Positions 15,733 through 25,987 are shown, counted from the stretch's first letter. The stretch is DNA of 64,000 nt from Candidatus Saccharimonadales bacterium (GCA_035758565.1 DASTXL010000001.1:11242-75241), one strand, 5' to 3'. The notes: generated by a model from the letters alone, not told the origin. Made by a program: numbers and translations.

Positions 15733-18543
15733 ATGAATGAGTTTATAAGGGTGCAAGGTGCGCGCGAGCATAACCTTAAAGATATCTCGCTGGATATCCC
15801 GAGAGGCAAGCTCGTAGTAATTACCGGTTTGTCGGGTTCTGGCAAGTCCAGCCTTGCTTTTGACACGATTTACGCCGAAGGCCAGCGCCGCTATGTTGAA
15901 TCCTTAAGCGCCTATGCCCGGCAGTTTTTGGGGCTGATGGAAAAGCCGGACGTTGATCAGATAGACGGTCTTAGCCCAGCCATTTCGATCGACCAAAAAA
16001 GCACCTCGCGCAACCCGCGTAGCACGGTCGCGACGGTCACCGAGATTTACGATTATTTGCGTCTGCTTTTTGCGCGAATCGGGATTCCTCATTGTCCAAT
16101 AGACGGCTTGCCAGTAACTCGGCAAACAACTAACGCGGTGGTTGACCAAATCACGGCTGGCGAAGCTAACGCTCGGCTGATGATCTTAGCACCAATAGTG
16201 ATTGATAAAAAAGGCGCTTTTGAGCACGTTCCAGAACAGTATATGCGCGCTGGTTTTGCTCGCGCTCGAGTTGACGGCGTTGTTTATGCATTAGACGAAT
16301 TTCCAACGCTTGATAAAAAGTACAAACACCGCATCGAAATTGTTGTCGATCGAGTAGTGAACGACAAAAGCAATCGCGGTCGGCTAACGCAGAGCGTTGA
16401 GCAGGCTTTTGATATTGCCGATGGCATTTTGACAATCAATAACGCGGATACCAACCAAGACAAGCAATATAGTCTGCGCTATGCTTGTCCGAATCACCCG
16501 GATGTTGCCATTCCGGAACTAGAGCCGCGCACATTTAGCTTCAATAGTCCGCATGGTGCTTGCCCAGTTTGTACCGGTTTAGGCTCTCGGCTAGAAGTAG
16601 ATCCCGAGCTGGTTATTCCTAACGGTCGACTAACAATTGCCGAAGGCGCCATCCGTCCGTATAACCGAATCAACGTGGATAACTGGTATATGAAAAAGCT
16701 GCAGGCCGTAGCGGATAAGTACGGTTTTTCTTTGCACGTGCCAACGAGTGAGTTAACCCAGGATCAACTCGATAAAATCATGTATGGTACCGGCAATGAA
16801 ACCTTCCGCGTAAATATTGGAATTGGCCGTAGTTTTAATACAACCTATGAAGGCGTTGTGCCGAACTTGGAGCGCCGCCATAAAGAAACTGAGAGCGATT
16901 TTATACGTCGTGACATAGAGCGTTATATGCAAGAGCGTCCATGTCACGCCTGCGGCGGCAAACGTCTAAAGCCAGAAGTTTTGGCGGTAACAGTTGCCAA
17001 CAAATCCATTATGGATATTTGCGAAATGAGTATTGACGACAGTATGGAGTTTTTCAATAGTATTCAACTTACGGAAACCCAAAAGCAAATCGCCAAACAA
17101 ATTCTTAAGGAAATTTGTGCGCGGTTAAGCTTTTTGCAAGACGTTGGCCTCAATTATTTAACTCTGCTCAGAAGTGCCGTAAGTTTATCCGGCGGCGAGG
17201 CTCAGCGTATTCGCTTGGCTACACAAATCGGCAGCGGACTTCAAGGCGTACTTTATGTTTTAGACGAGCCCAGCATCGGCTTGCACCAGCGCGATAATGA
17301 GCGCTTGCTTAATACGTTGCGCCGACTGAGAGACCTTGGTAACAGCGTTCTGGTCGTGGAGCACGATGAAGAGACGATCCGTACTGCCGACCATCTAATT
17401 GACATTGGTCCAGGCGCCGGAGTCCATGGTGGCCACGTAGTAGCTACCGGAACACCGGCTCAAGTAACGAAGATCAAAAAATCTGTCACTGCCCAATATT
17501 TGAACGGCGATAAAAAAATTGCGATGCCCAAAAACAGGCGAAAAGGCAACGGCAAAAGCTTAGTTATTAAAGGTGCCCGCGAAAACAACTTGAAAAATAT
17601 TGACGTTGAGATTCCGCTTGGTGAGCTGGTGGTTGTTAGCGGCGTTTCCGGTTCCGGCAAGTCAAGCTTAATTAATGACATTTTGGCCAAAGAACTTAGT
17701 GCCCGACTCATGCGCGCCCAGGCGGTGCCTGGTCGCCATGACGACATTGAAGGCATCAAGAATTTGGATAAAGCGATAGTTATCGATCAATCGCCGATCG
17801 GACGTACGCCACGCTCCAACCCAGCCACTTATACCGGCGTATTTACGCCCATTCGCGAATTATTTGCCCAAATGCCCGAAGCCAAACTACGCGGTTATAC
17901 GCCGGGCCGCTTTAGCTTTAATGTTAAGGGCGGTCGCTGTGAAAACTGTTCTGGCGACGGTGTAATCAAAATCGAAATGCACTTTTTGCCAGATGTTTAT
18001 GTGGCTTGTGAAGTCTGCCATGGCAAACGATACAACCGCGAAGCTCTAGAGATTCACTATAAAGGTAAAACCATTAGCGACGTGTTAGATATGACCTGCG
18101 AACAAGGCCTGGAATTTTTTGAGAACATTCCCGCTATTGCCCGCAAATTGCAAACACTAGTTGATGTGGGGTTGGGATATATAACGCTTGGTCAACCGGC
18201 TACCACGCTGTCTGGCGGTGAAGCCCAACGTATAAAACTGGCCAGCGAATTATCTCGTCGACCCACCGGGCGCACGCTTTATATCTTAGACGAGCCAACA
18301 ACTGGCTTGCACATGGCTGATGTTGATAAACTCTTGAATGTTTTGCACGCGTTGGTCGACGCGGGCAATAGCATGGTGGTGATTGAACACAACTTAGATG
18401 TAATTAAAAACGCCGATCACATTATCGACATGGGTCCTGAAGGTGGTGCGGCGGGGGGCCAAATAGTGGCCACTGGCACCCCGGAGCAAATAGCCAAGGC
18501 TAGCAATAGCTTCACCGGCCAGTTCCTCAAAAAAATGCTCTAA
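15733..18543 (+). CDS. uvrA: Excinuclease ABC subunit A
   Basis: Two ABC modules ([22 protein letters not shown]; LSGGEAQRI twice) and zinc-finger Cys clusters. 936 aa. Confidence 0.95.
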   Translation: MNEFIRVQGAREHNLKDISLDIPRGKLVVITGLSGSGKSSLAFDTIYAEGQRRYVESLSAYARQFLGLMEKPDVDQIDGLSPAISIDQKSTSRNPRSTVATVTEIYDYLRLLFARIGIPHCPIDGLPVTRQTTNAVVDQITAGEANARLMILAPIVIDKKGAFEHVPEQYMRAGFARARVDGVVYALDEFPTLDKKYKHRIEIVVDRVVNDKSNRGRLTQSVEQAFDIADGILTINNADTNQDKQYSLRYACPNHPDVAIPELEPRTFSFNSPHGACPVCTGLGSRLEVDPELVIPNGRLTIAEGAIRPYNRINVDNWYMKKLQAVADKYGFSLHVPTSELTQDQLDKIMYGTGNETFRVNIGIGRSFNTTYEGVVPNLERRHKETESDFIRRDIERYMQERPCHACGGKRLKPEVLAVTVANKSIMDICEMSIDDSMEFFNSIQLTETQKQIAKQILKEICARLSFLQDVGLNYLTLLRSAVSLSGGEAQRIRLATQIGSGLQGVLYVLDEPSIGLHQRDNERLLNTLRRLRDLGNSVLVVEHDEETIRTADHLIDIGPGAGVHGGHVVATGTPAQVTKIKKSVTAQYLNGDKKIAMPKNRRKGNGKSLVIKGARENNLKNIDVEIPLGELVVVSGVSGSGKSSLINDILAKELSARLMRAQAVPGRHDDIEGIKNLDKAIVIDQSPIGRTPRSNPATYTGVFTPIRELFAQMPEAKLRGYTPGRFSFNVKGGRCENCSGDGVIKIEMHFLPDVYVACEVCHGKRYNREALEIHYKGKTISDVLDMTCEQGLEFFENIPAIARKLQTLVDVGLGYITLGQPATTLSGGEAQRIKLASELSRRPTGRTLYILDEPTTGLHMADVDKLLNVLHALVDAGNSMVVIEHNLDVIKNADHIIDMGPEGGAAGGQIVATGTPEQIAKASNSFTGQFLKKML

Positions 18544-19194
18544 CTATTTTTTGAATAAGTAGCGTAGTTCGGTGCGCAAATTGCGCATGAGTTCACGGCG
18601 GCGGCTGCCGCTTCTAAAGATTTCAATCAGAACGGTGCCGCTAGTTATTACCATAGCCAAAACAACCAACAGGACAATGTAATGGTCCAGGTTTGGCACG
18701 CGCCGGCCAACCCAGTAAGCAGCCAGCGTAACAATAACCGACCAAGCTACGCCTCCTAAAATGTTGTAGACCAAAAACTTGCGTTTATCCATGCGGCCCA
18801 TGCCGGCTACTAGCGGCACAACGGTGCGGACAACCACTATAAAGCGGGCAAAAATGACAGTTTTGCGACCGTGTTTAGCAAAGAAGTTTTCGGTTCGCTC
18901 TAAATATTCTTTTCTAAAAAGCCCGTCTTCACGCTGGAAAAACTTGGGACCAGCCCGATATCCAATTTGGTAGCCGCTCTGATATCCCAAAATAGCGGCA
19001 ACTGCAGCAACGGGCAATATGGCGGCCAGCGGTAGCTTGCCCTCGGCGGCTAGCACGCCCGCTGCAATTAGAAGAGTGTCGCCCGGTAAAAAGAAACCAA
19101 TCAATAGCCCGGTCTCGGCAAAAACAATCAGTCCAATTAAAAGCAAACCGCCGATTTCACTACCAGTTTGCAGGAGGTGGTTGACGTTAAGCAT
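18544..19194 (-). CDS. DedA family membrane protein
   Basis: FAETGLLIGFFLPGDTLLIAAG motif and multiple TM helices. The start is moved to ATG 19194 (MLNVNHLL) to avoid overlapping the rplY promoter. The stop abuts the uvrA stop with zero spacer. Confidence 0.75.
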   Translation of the reverse strand: MLNVNHLLQTGSEIGGLLLIGLIVFAETGLLIGFFLPGDTLLIAAGVLAAEGKLPLAAILPVAAVAAILGYQSGYQIGYRAGPKFFQREDGLFRKEYLERTENFFAKHGRKTVIFARFIVVVRTVVPLVAGMGRMDKRKFLVYNILGGVAWSVIVTLAAYWVGRRVPNLDHYIVLLVVLAMVITSGTVLIEIFRSGSRRRELMRNLRTELRYLFKK

Positions 19195-19266
19195 CGCCCT
19201 AATTGTATCAGTAAAAGCTTGAGAATTTGTTATAATAAGCGTAGCAAAAAGGGAGTATTTGTTTTC

Positions 19267-19941
19267 ATGACCGATATTGATCAACCGTTAGTGTTAACCA
19301 ACCGCCAAACTGTAGGCAAGGGCCTGAATAGCCTCCGTGGCGATGGTTTAGTTCCGGGCGTAATTCACAACCATGGTGAGCAGTCGGTGCACATTAGTGT
19401 ACCAGCTAGCGACCTAGTTCGTTTTTATCGCGAAGCTGGCAAGCATCATCCGCTCAATTTGAACGTCGGCTCCCAGAAATTTTTAGCACTCATTAAAGAC
19501 GTGCACTACAATCCGGTCAAGCGCCGTCCGGACCACGTAGTCTTTCAGGCTATCCGCCAAGACGAAAAGGTAGAAGCCGAAGTTCCAGTTCGCCTTGAGG
19601 GTGAAATCCCTGCCGAAAAAGTCGGCTTAATGGTCTTGCATCAACTAGACGCCGTGCAAATTGAGGCATTGCCAAAGGATTTGCCGGACGAACTTATCGT
19701 GGATGCTACCAAGCTAGCTGAACTTCACGACAAATTAACAGTCGCCGACGTCCGGGTTCCAAGCGGTGTGACCATTCTGACTGACGCCGAACATCCAATT
19801 GCCACGGTTGTTGAAACCAAAGCTATGATGAGTGAAGAGGCAGAATCTGAAGCCGGCGAAACCGCCGAAGGCGAGGGTGAAACTGGCAACGAACCAGCTG
19901 CCGCCGAAGCCGCCGGCCAAGAGTCGACTGACAATAAGTAG
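19267..19941 (+). CDS. rplY: 50S ribosomal protein L25 / general stress protein Ctc
   Basis: RGDGLVPGVIHNHGE..., HPLNLNVG, DVHYNPVKRRPDHVVFQ, and an acidic C-terminal tail. GGGAG lies upstream of ATG 19267. Confidence 0.85.
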   Translation: MTDIDQPLVLTNRQTVGKGLNSLRGDGLVPGVIHNHGEQSVHISVPASDLVRFYREAGKHHPLNLNVGSQKFLALIKDVHYNPVKRRPDHVVFQAIRQDEKVEAEVPVRLEGEIPAEKVGLMVLHQLDAVQIEALPKDLPDELIVDATKLAELHDKLTVADVRVPSGVTILTDAEHPIATVVETKAMMSEEAESEAGETAEGEGETGNEPAAAEAAGQESTDNK

Positions 19942-20034
19942 TTCTTTTCAAAGAACCAAATATTTATCTACTTTGTATCGACAAAGTAGCAAAACGACCG
20001 GGCTGCGTTTGAACCGGATTGAAGTTACGTAAAA

Positions 20035-20125
20035 CAAAATCTGCGCCAAAAGAACTCTCCTCGGTCGGCCCCTCGCCTTATTTACAGGAGATTCGGGACT
20101 GACTTTTGGCTGGACTCAGATTTTG
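20035..20125. ncRNA. Candidate structured RNA domain 1 (three nested helices), strand and identity unknown
   Basis: CAAAATCTG 20035-43 pairs with CAGATTTTG 20117-25. GCCAAAAG 20045-52 pairs with CTTTTGGC 20103-10. TCTCC 20056-60 pairs with GGAGA 20087-91. Confidence 0.25.
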
Positions 20126-20177
20126 CTTTCCATAATTCATCTGTTCAAGCCGATGCCCGGACCCATTCATTCCTTAT

Positions 20178-20321
20178 TTTCGAGACTCGAGCCAACTGAG
20201 TAAACGAGCGAATAACTAAAAGTCTGAAGCGAGGGCTGTCTGAGGCGCCAAACCGCAAGTTCCGCAGACTTCACTTTTAGTTATGAAGCGAGAGGACAGC
20301 GTGTTAGCGAATGTCTCGAGA
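20178..20321. ncRNA. Candidate structured RNA domain 2 (long-range helices and an internal direct repeat)
   Basis: TTTCGAGAC 20178-86 pairs with GTCTCGAGA 20313-21. ATAACTAAAAGT 20212-23 pairs with ACTTTTAGTTAT 20273-84. GCTGTC 20235-40 pairs with GACAGC 20295-300. TGAAGCGAG(G/A)GG occurs twice. Confidence 0.25.
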
Positions 20322-20362
20322 GTTTTGCCCAACTTTGGCGGCACAAAGTTGGAAAATATTGG

Positions 20363-22135
20363 CTATTCTTCTAAGAATCCACCAGATTGGCGCGACCACA
20401 ATTTAGCGTAAACGCCTTTATGGCCCAGAAGTTCTTTGTGCGAGCCTTGTTCTACGATTTTCCCATTATCCAAAACTACTATTCGATCCATGTGTTGGAT
20501 GGTGCTCAAGCGGTGGGCAATTACAATTGCGGTGCGGCCTTCCATTAGCTTCCATAGAGCGTCTTGGATCAACTTCTCGCTTTCAGAATCCAGGGCGCTG
20601 GTGGCTTCGTCGAGAACCAGAATAGGAGCGTTTTTGATCATGGCTCTGGCAATAGCTACGCGCTGGCGTTGGCCGCCAGAAAGTTTTACACCGCGCTCGC
20701 CGACCATTGTGTCATAACCTTGCGGCAAATCCTTGATGAACTCGTGAGCGTGAGCAGCTTTAGCGGCTTTGATGATTTCCGCTTGGCTAGCGTCGGGTTT
20801 GCCATAGCCAATGTTCTCGGCGATGCTTCGATGGAATAGCAGCGGTTCTTGCGGTACGTAGGCGATGTGGGAGCGCAAATCTTCCTGGGTCGCATCGCAT
20901 ATGTTAGTGTCGTCAATTAGTATTTGCCCGCCCTGAATGTTCATGAAACGCAGGATTAGTTTGGTGACGGTTGTTTTGCCACCGCCGCTATGACCAACGA
21001 GCCCGACTTTTTTGCCGCCGGGGACCGTAAAGCTTAGGTCCGGTAGAACTACGCGGCTCTTATTATCGGCATAACCAAATCGGACGTGATCGAATACAAT
21101 CGAACCATTTTTAATATTAATTTTTTCGGGATTTTCAGGATCTTGAACTTCTGGTTTTAGTTCCAGAATTTCTGTCATTTCACCAGCATCGCCCAAAGCT
21201 TTGTTTATGTTTCGGACCACGCGGCCAAACTGCCACAGCCGGCCCGAAATTGCGGAAGTGTAAGAAATGGCCAAAACCAAAACACTGACTTTGGTGTGAA
21301 AATGCGTTATCGCCAAAAGCCCAGCCCCAAAAGCAATAATATTAATCGTTGCCGTCATGCTGTGACTCATAATTTCCGTTTTCATGGCGTAGCGGAACAA
21401 CTTGATTGAGGCGTCGTACTTTTCGTTCGTTACTTTTTTGAATCTATTAAGTTCAAGTTTTTCTGAGGCGAAAGTACTAATGGTATTGACGTTGGTAATA
21501 GCGTCGGCCAGCACGGCCGTTTGGTCGCTTTGACGCGCAGCTTCGCGGCGATTGTACGGAACTTGCCCGCGCGCTCGGCGATAAATTATCGAAAGATAGG
21601 TAACGCTGACGAGAGTTAGTACGGCCGCATAAGCTGGAGAAGCAAATAGCAAGAAAATTATCGAGGCGATAATGGTGGCTAAACCGCTGGTTATATCCCA
21701 AATAAGGCTGTCCATCAAAGTCTCGTAAGAGTTAATAAAGCGATTTGTTTGAGTCACCAAGGCACCGCCGAAATGATTAGTATGGAACCGGTAGCCAAGG
21801 TTTTGGATAAAATCGAACACGCGATTAGCGATATCGCGCATAACCTTGACTTCGTAGAGCCAAACACAAATGACTTGTGTTCTCCACAAAACAACACCCG
21901 CAAGCATAAAAGCCGCGTAAGCAATCAGATAACCGGATAAGTCCGAGAACTGAAGCTGCCCGCCAGTGCTATAAACATTTTGCAAAGTATTAAAAGCCTT
22001 AGCGATGATGAACGGCGGGACAATATCTTGGATGATTACGGCAGCGGCCGCACCGAAAACGCCGGCGAAGAATAGCCACCGGTAAGGTTTGGTGTGTAGC
22101 CAATATTCCTTAACTGTAAGTTTAGTTGTTGACAT
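20363..22135 (-). CDS. ABC exporter, fused permease/ATPase (MsbA/multidrug-type)
   Basis: Six-TM N-domain. Walker A GHSGGGKTT, signature LSGGQRQRVAIARA, Walker B ILVLDEATSALD. Confidence 0.9.
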   Translation of the reverse strand: MSTTKLTVKEYWLHTKPYRWLFFAGVFGAAAAVIIQDIVPPFIIAKAFNTLQNVYSTGGQLQFSDLSGYLIAYAAFMLAGVVLWRTQVICVWLYEVKVMRDIANRVFDFIQNLGYRFHTNHFGGALVTQTNRFINSYETLMDSLIWDITSGLATIIASIIFLLFASPAYAAVLTLVSVTYLSIIYRRARGQVPYNRREAARQSDQTAVLADAITNVNTISTFASEKLELNRFKKVTNEKYDASIKLFRYAMKTEIMSHSMTATINIIAFGAGLLAITHFHTKVSVLVLAISYTSAISGRLWQFGRVVRNINKALGDAGEMTEILELKPEVQDPENPEKINIKNGSIVFDHVRFGYADNKSRVVLPDLSFTVPGGKKVGLVGHSGGGKTTVTKLILRFMNIQGGQILIDDTNICDATQEDLRSHIAYVPQEPLLFHRSIAENIGYGKPDASQAEIIKAAKAAHAHEFIKDLPQGYDTMVGERGVKLSGGQRQRVAIARAMIKNAPILVLDEATSALDSESEKLIQDALWKLMEGRTAIVIAHRLSTIQHMDRIVVLDNGKIVEQGSHKELLGHKGVYAKLWSRQSGGFLEE

Positions 22136-22138
22136 AAT

Positions 22139-22155
22139 CGCGGCCTCCTGCCGCG
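22139..22155 (-). promoter_or_regulatory. GC hairpin presenting the ABC exporter SD (AGGAG) in its 5-nt loop
   Basis: Minus strand reads CGCGGC AGGAG GCCGCG. The 3' arm ends 3 nt before ATG 22135. Confidence 0.4.
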
Positions 22156-22200
22156 AGTGTTCTTAATTGTTTAGAAAATTTTTTGGGTTTGCTTTGAGAG

Positions 22201-22248
22201 TTAAAGGCCAAGAGCGGCCTGGTCAAAGTTGATTTTTAGTGTTTCCAT
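22201..22248 (-). CDS. Candidate 15-aa leader peptide (METLKINFDQAALGL) upstream of the ABC exporter
   Basis: AAAGGAG SD lies 7 nt upstream of ATG 22248 and the stop is TAA at 22201-03. It sits 65 nt upstream of the exporter start. Confidence 0.3.
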   Translation of the reverse strand: METLKINFDQAALGL

Positions 22249-22336
22249 TTAGCCGCTCCTTTCTACCTTTAAATTAATAATGCTAAAGTTAAGGTTAACA
22301 CAAGGGTTCGACCTCTTACAAACAGATTAGCAAGAA

Positions 22337-22345
22337 TGTTATAAT
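22337..22345 (+). promoter_or_regulatory. Extended -10 promoter TGtTATAAT, 7 nt upstream of trhO GTG
   Basis: TGTTATAAT at 22337-22345 and GTG at 22353. A possible -35 TTACAA lies 18 nt upstream. Confidence 0.5.
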
Positions 22346-22352
22346 TAACAGA

Positions 22353-23246
22353 GTGGAGAAAATAATTCTTTATTATAAATTCGTGCCGGTTGCCGATCCG
22401 GAGACGGTGATGCATTGGCAAAAAACTTTGGCCGGTGATTTAGGTTTGCGTGGCCGGATTTTGATTAGCAAGCATGGAATTAACGGCACTTTGGGCGGTG
22501 ATGTTGAAGCTTTGAAAAGCTACGTCAAAGCCATGAATCTGCACAGCTCGTTTAAGAATATTAAATACAAGTGGAGCGACGGCGGAGTGAGTGATTTTCC
22601 ACGTTTGAGCGTTAAAGTTCGTGACGAAATTGTAACTTTTGGCGTGCCGGAGGAAATCAAAGTTGATGAATCCGGAGTAGTCGGCGGCGGCAAGCACTTA
22701 AAGCCGCACGAGGTCCACAAATTAGTCAAAGAGCGGGGCGAAGAAGTTGTATTTATGGATGGCCGCAACGCTTATGAGGCAGCGATTGGCAAGTTCAAAA
22801 ACGCCAAGGTTCCGAATACCCGCACAACTCGCGACTTTATTAAGGAGCTGGAAAAACCAGAGTATAAAGAGCTGAAAGATAAGCCGATTGTTACTTACTG
22901 CACCGGGGGTATCCGCTGCGAAATTCTTTCGACGCTCATGAAAAACCGTGGATTTAGCGAGGTATATCAAATCGATGGCGGCATTGCCAAATATGGAGGA
23001 GTCTATGGTGATGATGGTTTTTGGGAAGGCAAGATGTATGTTTTTGATAAGCGTATGAAAGTTACTTTCTCTGACAAGTCAAAAGACATTGGCCAGTGCG
23101 TGCACTGTGAATCTAAAACCAGCAATTACGAGAACTGCGCGCTAAAATCCTGCAATAATCTGGTTTTAATTTGTGAAGATTGTTTGCAGAATGATACTAC
23201 TTGCAGCACCAGATGTGCCCAAGAGCTAGCTGCTCAAGCAGTTTAA
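22353..23246 (+). CDS. trhO: Rhodanese-domain tRNA uridine(34) hydroxylase TrhO (UPF0176/YceA)
   Basis: ILYYKFVPV...GRILISKHGINGTLGG. Rhodanese active site YCTGGIRCE. C-terminal Cys cluster. Confidence 0.8.
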   Translation: MEKIILYYKFVPVADPETVMHWQKTLAGDLGLRGRILISKHGINGTLGGDVEALKSYVKAMNLHSSFKNIKYKWSDGGVSDFPRLSVKVRDEIVTFGVPEEIKVDESGVVGGGKHLKPHEVHKLVKERGEEVVFMDGRNAYEAAIGKFKNAKVPNTRTTRDFIKELEKPEYKELKDKPIVTYCTGGIRCEILSTLMKNRGFSEVYQIDGGIAKYGGVYGDDGFWEGKMYVFDKRMKVTFSDKSKDIGQCVHCESKTSNYENCALKSCNNLVLICEDCLQNDTTCSTRCAQELAAQAV

Positions 23247-23255
23247 TTTTTATTT

Positions 23256-24776
23256 ATGAATAAAGCTATTGAAGCAAAACTTAAAGACTTGCCGCCGCGG
23301 CCCGGCGTTTATTTTCATAAAGACGCCAGCGGAGCCATTATTTACATTGGTAAAGCGGCGAGCTTGCGCAACCGTGTCAGGCAGTACTTTCAGCAAAGCC
23401 GATATCGGGATCCAAAAACTGACATTTTAGTTAACGAAATCGCTGACATTGATTGGACGGAGGTTGAGACTGAAGCCGACGCGCTGTTTCTAGAGGCGGA
23501 ACTAGTGCGACGATACATGCCGCGCTTTAATATTTTGCTTCGCGACGACAAAAGCCAACTTTATGTGCGCATTGATATCAAAAGCGATTACCCAACAGTC
23601 ACTTTAGTTCGTCGGCCGCTGGACGACGGTGCCGAATATTTCGGTCCGTTTATTAATAGTCTGGCGATTAAAAAAGCTTTGCGTTATTTGCGCCGGGCTT
23701 TTCCGTACGCCACCAGCCGGCCGGTTGGAGCTAAGCGCGCCAATCTTCATTATCATCTTGGACTTGATCCAGGCCTGGAAGAAGGACGAACCAGCCTAGA
23801 AGACTATCGTGCCAATTTGCGCAAGCTAATGCTGTACTTGCACGGCAAGCGCGTAGCGTTGGTGCGTGATATTGAACGCGATATGAAAGCGGCGGCTAAG
23901 GCCCAAGATTTTGAAAAGGCGGCAAAATTGCGTAATCAGCTTTTTTCGCTGCAACAACTTAATCGGCAAATTCTATTTGGCGACCGCGAATTGCAGGACG
24001 CCGCTAAAGACGAAGCCTTAAGCGGCCTAGGGCTTTTGCTTGGCTTGACGGCTCCGCCGCGCCGCATCGAGGGCTTTGATATATCTCATATGCAGGGCAC
24101 CGATACGGTTTCCAGTATGGTGGTCTTTGACAGCGGCGTGCCTAATAAAACGGCTTACCGCAAGTTTAAAATGCGATTAGCCGGCAACGATGATTTTGCT
24201 CACATGGCCGAGACGGTAGCGCGCCGTTTACGTGAAGACAACCGCAAAAAGTGGGGCGTTGCCGACCTAATGCTAATAGATGGCGGTAAAGGCCAGCTCT
24301 CCGCGGCCCTAAACGCACGCAATATGGCCGGTTTGACCAAAATTCCGATGGTGGGCTTAGCCAAGCGCGAAGAAGAAATTATTATCAGCCGCGAGGGCAG
24401 TCTGCCGGGTATCGATATCACTGCCGTTATCAATTGCGCCACCAAGTTAGGAGCTTACGTCTCTGATTCAGACAACTACCTTTCTATTTTACTGCCCAAG
24501 GATTCGCCGATAGTTAAACTGCTGCAACGCATTCGCGACGAGTCTCATCGTTTTGCCGTTAGCTATCACACGGTGCTTAAGCGGGGCCGCCAAACTATGA
24601 GCCTGCTTGACGAAGTGCCCGGAGTTGGACCTTTAACGCGCAAAAAACTTATCAAATCTTTTGGCTCTGTGCGTGGTGTGTCGACTGCCAGCCAAGCAGA
24701 AATCGCTGCAGTGATTGGCGCCAAAAAAGCGGCTATTTTAAAACAGCATTTGGATGATCGCGATGTTAAAGCCTGA
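23256..24776 (+). CDS. uvrC: Excinuclease ABC subunit C (compact, 506 aa)
   Basis: GIY-YIG N-domain (PGVYFHKDASGAIIYIGKAASLRNRV), a UVR-like helix (FEKAAKLRNQL), an RNase H-like endonuclease domain, and a C-terminal HhH (VPGVGPLTRKKLI). Confidence 0.88.
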   Translation: MNKAIEAKLKDLPPRPGVYFHKDASGAIIYIGKAASLRNRVRQYFQQSRYRDPKTDILVNEIADIDWTEVETEADALFLEAELVRRYMPRFNILLRDDKSQLYVRIDIKSDYPTVTLVRRPLDDGAEYFGPFINSLAIKKALRYLRRAFPYATSRPVGAKRANLHYHLGLDPGLEEGRTSLEDYRANLRKLMLYLHGKRVALVRDIERDMKAAAKAQDFEKAAKLRNQLFSLQQLNRQILFGDRELQDAAKDEALSGLGLLLGLTAPPRRIEGFDISHMQGTDTVSSMVVFDSGVPNKTAYRKFKMRLAGNDDFAHMAETVARRLREDNRKKWGVADLMLIDGGKGQLSAALNARNMAGLTKIPMVGLAKREEEIIISREGSLPGIDITAVINCATKLGAYVSDSDNYLSILLPKDSPIVKLLQRIRDESHRFAVSYHTVLKRGRQTMSLLDEVPGVGPLTRKKLIKSFGSVRGVSTASQAEIAAVIGAKKAAILKQHLDDRDVKA

Positions 24777-25947
24777 TTTTTTTGCCAACAACCGAGCCAA
24801 GCTTAGAGCCGCCTTTCCAGACGACAAGTTATTTTTATTTACGGCTAACTTAGCAACGCAGCGTACCGAATCCAGCACTTATAAATTTCGCCAAAACAAC
24901 AACTTTTGGTATTTGACCGGAATCAGCGAGCCAAATGTTCTGCTTTTGATGGACGGCGACAAAGAGTTTTTGGTATTGCCCGAACTTGACGAAGTACAGC
25001 TGCTTTTTGGCGGGGCTATTAACAAAGAAAGATTGAGCCAAGTTTCCGGCGTAGATAGCTTCTTGACTGACGCCGAGGCTCGAAACAGGATTTCTGGCCG
25101 CAATCGTGTTGTGACATTAGTGCCGCTACCCGCTTTTAATCCAAGCGAAAACTCGTTCAGCAATCCCGCCGAACGCCGGCTAACTGACCGCATTAAAAGA
25201 ACGTTGCCCAAGCCCGATATTATTGACGCGCGTCCGGTAATAGCCAAAATGCGCTCCATTAAGCAGGATGCCGAGATTCAGGCTATAAAGGCCGCGATAA
25301 AAATTTCTACGGTTGCCTTTAAAAAGATCGAGCAGGGAATTGATGGCTTTAAAAACGAGAAAGACATTGAACGGCTTTTGAGCGCCGAGTTCGCCCTGGC
25401 TGGAGCCGAGCACGCCTATGATCCAATTGTTGCTAGTGGCATAAACGCCTGCACGCTTCACTATAATGCCAATAGTCAGCCGCTATCATCTGGCCGAGCT
25501 GTGCTGATTGATGCCGGCGCCGAACTTAATAATTACGCGGCTGACATCACCCGGACTTATTTTGTTGGTAAGTCATCTATCCGCCAGCAAGAGATTTATC
25601 GAGCAGTCGCCGAAATTAAAAAGTTCGCTCTCGGCCAGCTAAAGGCAGGCCTAGCTTGGCGCGACTATGAGCTGGCTAACTTGGACTTTGCAGCCGAAAA
25701 ACTGCATGAACTCGGCGTAATTAAAGAAAAGGACCGCAAACTAGCTCGCCGCTATTATCCGCATGCCACCAGCCATTCGCTGGGACTGGAAGTCCATGAT
25801 GTCGGCATTGACCACGGGCAGTCTCTGCAGGCCGGCATGGTAATTACCGTTGAGCCGGGCCTTTACATTAAGGAAGAACAAATCGGCGTCCGGCTAGAAG
25901 ACGATGTGCTTATCACCCACCAGGGCATAGTTAACCTGGCTAATTAA
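24754..25947 (+). CDS. M24B Xaa-Pro aminopeptidase/dipeptidase
   Basis: Metal ligand motifs LIDAGAELNNYAADITRT, HSLGLEVHD, VITVEPGLY and RLEDDV. Confidence 0.85.
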   Translation: MIAMLKPDFFANNRAKLRAAFPDDKLFLFTANLATQRTESSTYKFRQNNNFWYLTGISEPNVLLLMDGDKEFLVLPELDEVQLLFGGAINKERLSQVSGVDSFLTDAEARNRISGRNRVVTLVPLPAFNPSENSFSNPAERRLTDRIKRTLPKPDIIDARPVIAKMRSIKQDAEIQAIKAAIKISTVAFKKIEQGIDGFKNEKDIERLLSAEFALAGAEHAYDPIVASGINACTLHYNANSQPLSSGRAVLIDAGAELNNYAADITRTYFVGKSSIRQQEIYRAVAEIKKFALGQLKAGLAWRDYELANLDFAAEKLHELGVIKEKDRKLARRYYPHATSHSLGLEVHDVGIDHGQSLQAGMVITVEPGLYIKEEQIGVRLEDDVLITHQGIVNLAN

Positions 25948-25971
25948 GTACTTATCTAGCCCGCTGTAAAT

Positions 25972-25980
25972 TGTTACAAT
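25972..25980 (+). promoter_or_regulatory. Extended -10 promoter TGtTACAAT, 7 nt upstream of ATG 25988
   Basis: TGTTACAAT at 25972-25980 and ATG at 25988. Confidence 0.45.
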
Positions 25981-25987
25981 AATAGGT

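Noticed and set aside
18544-19284. Long forms of the divergent genes: dedA from 19284 and rplY from 19168
   Set aside because: The two extensions overlap each other by about 115 nt and contain no homology. Internal ATGs (19194 for dedA, 19267 for rplY with GGGAG upstream) give proteins that start where the family similarity starts.
19942-20362. Identification of the structured spacer as RNase P RNA, tmRNA or SRP RNA
   Set aside because: I looked on both strands for GGAAAGUCC / ACAGAA..CGGCUUA (RNase P), a tRNA-like 3' end with T-loop and CCA plus a tag ORF (tmRNA), and the GGAA tetraloop / AGCA symmetric-loop motif (SRP). None is present, so only a generic structured-RNA candidate is reported.
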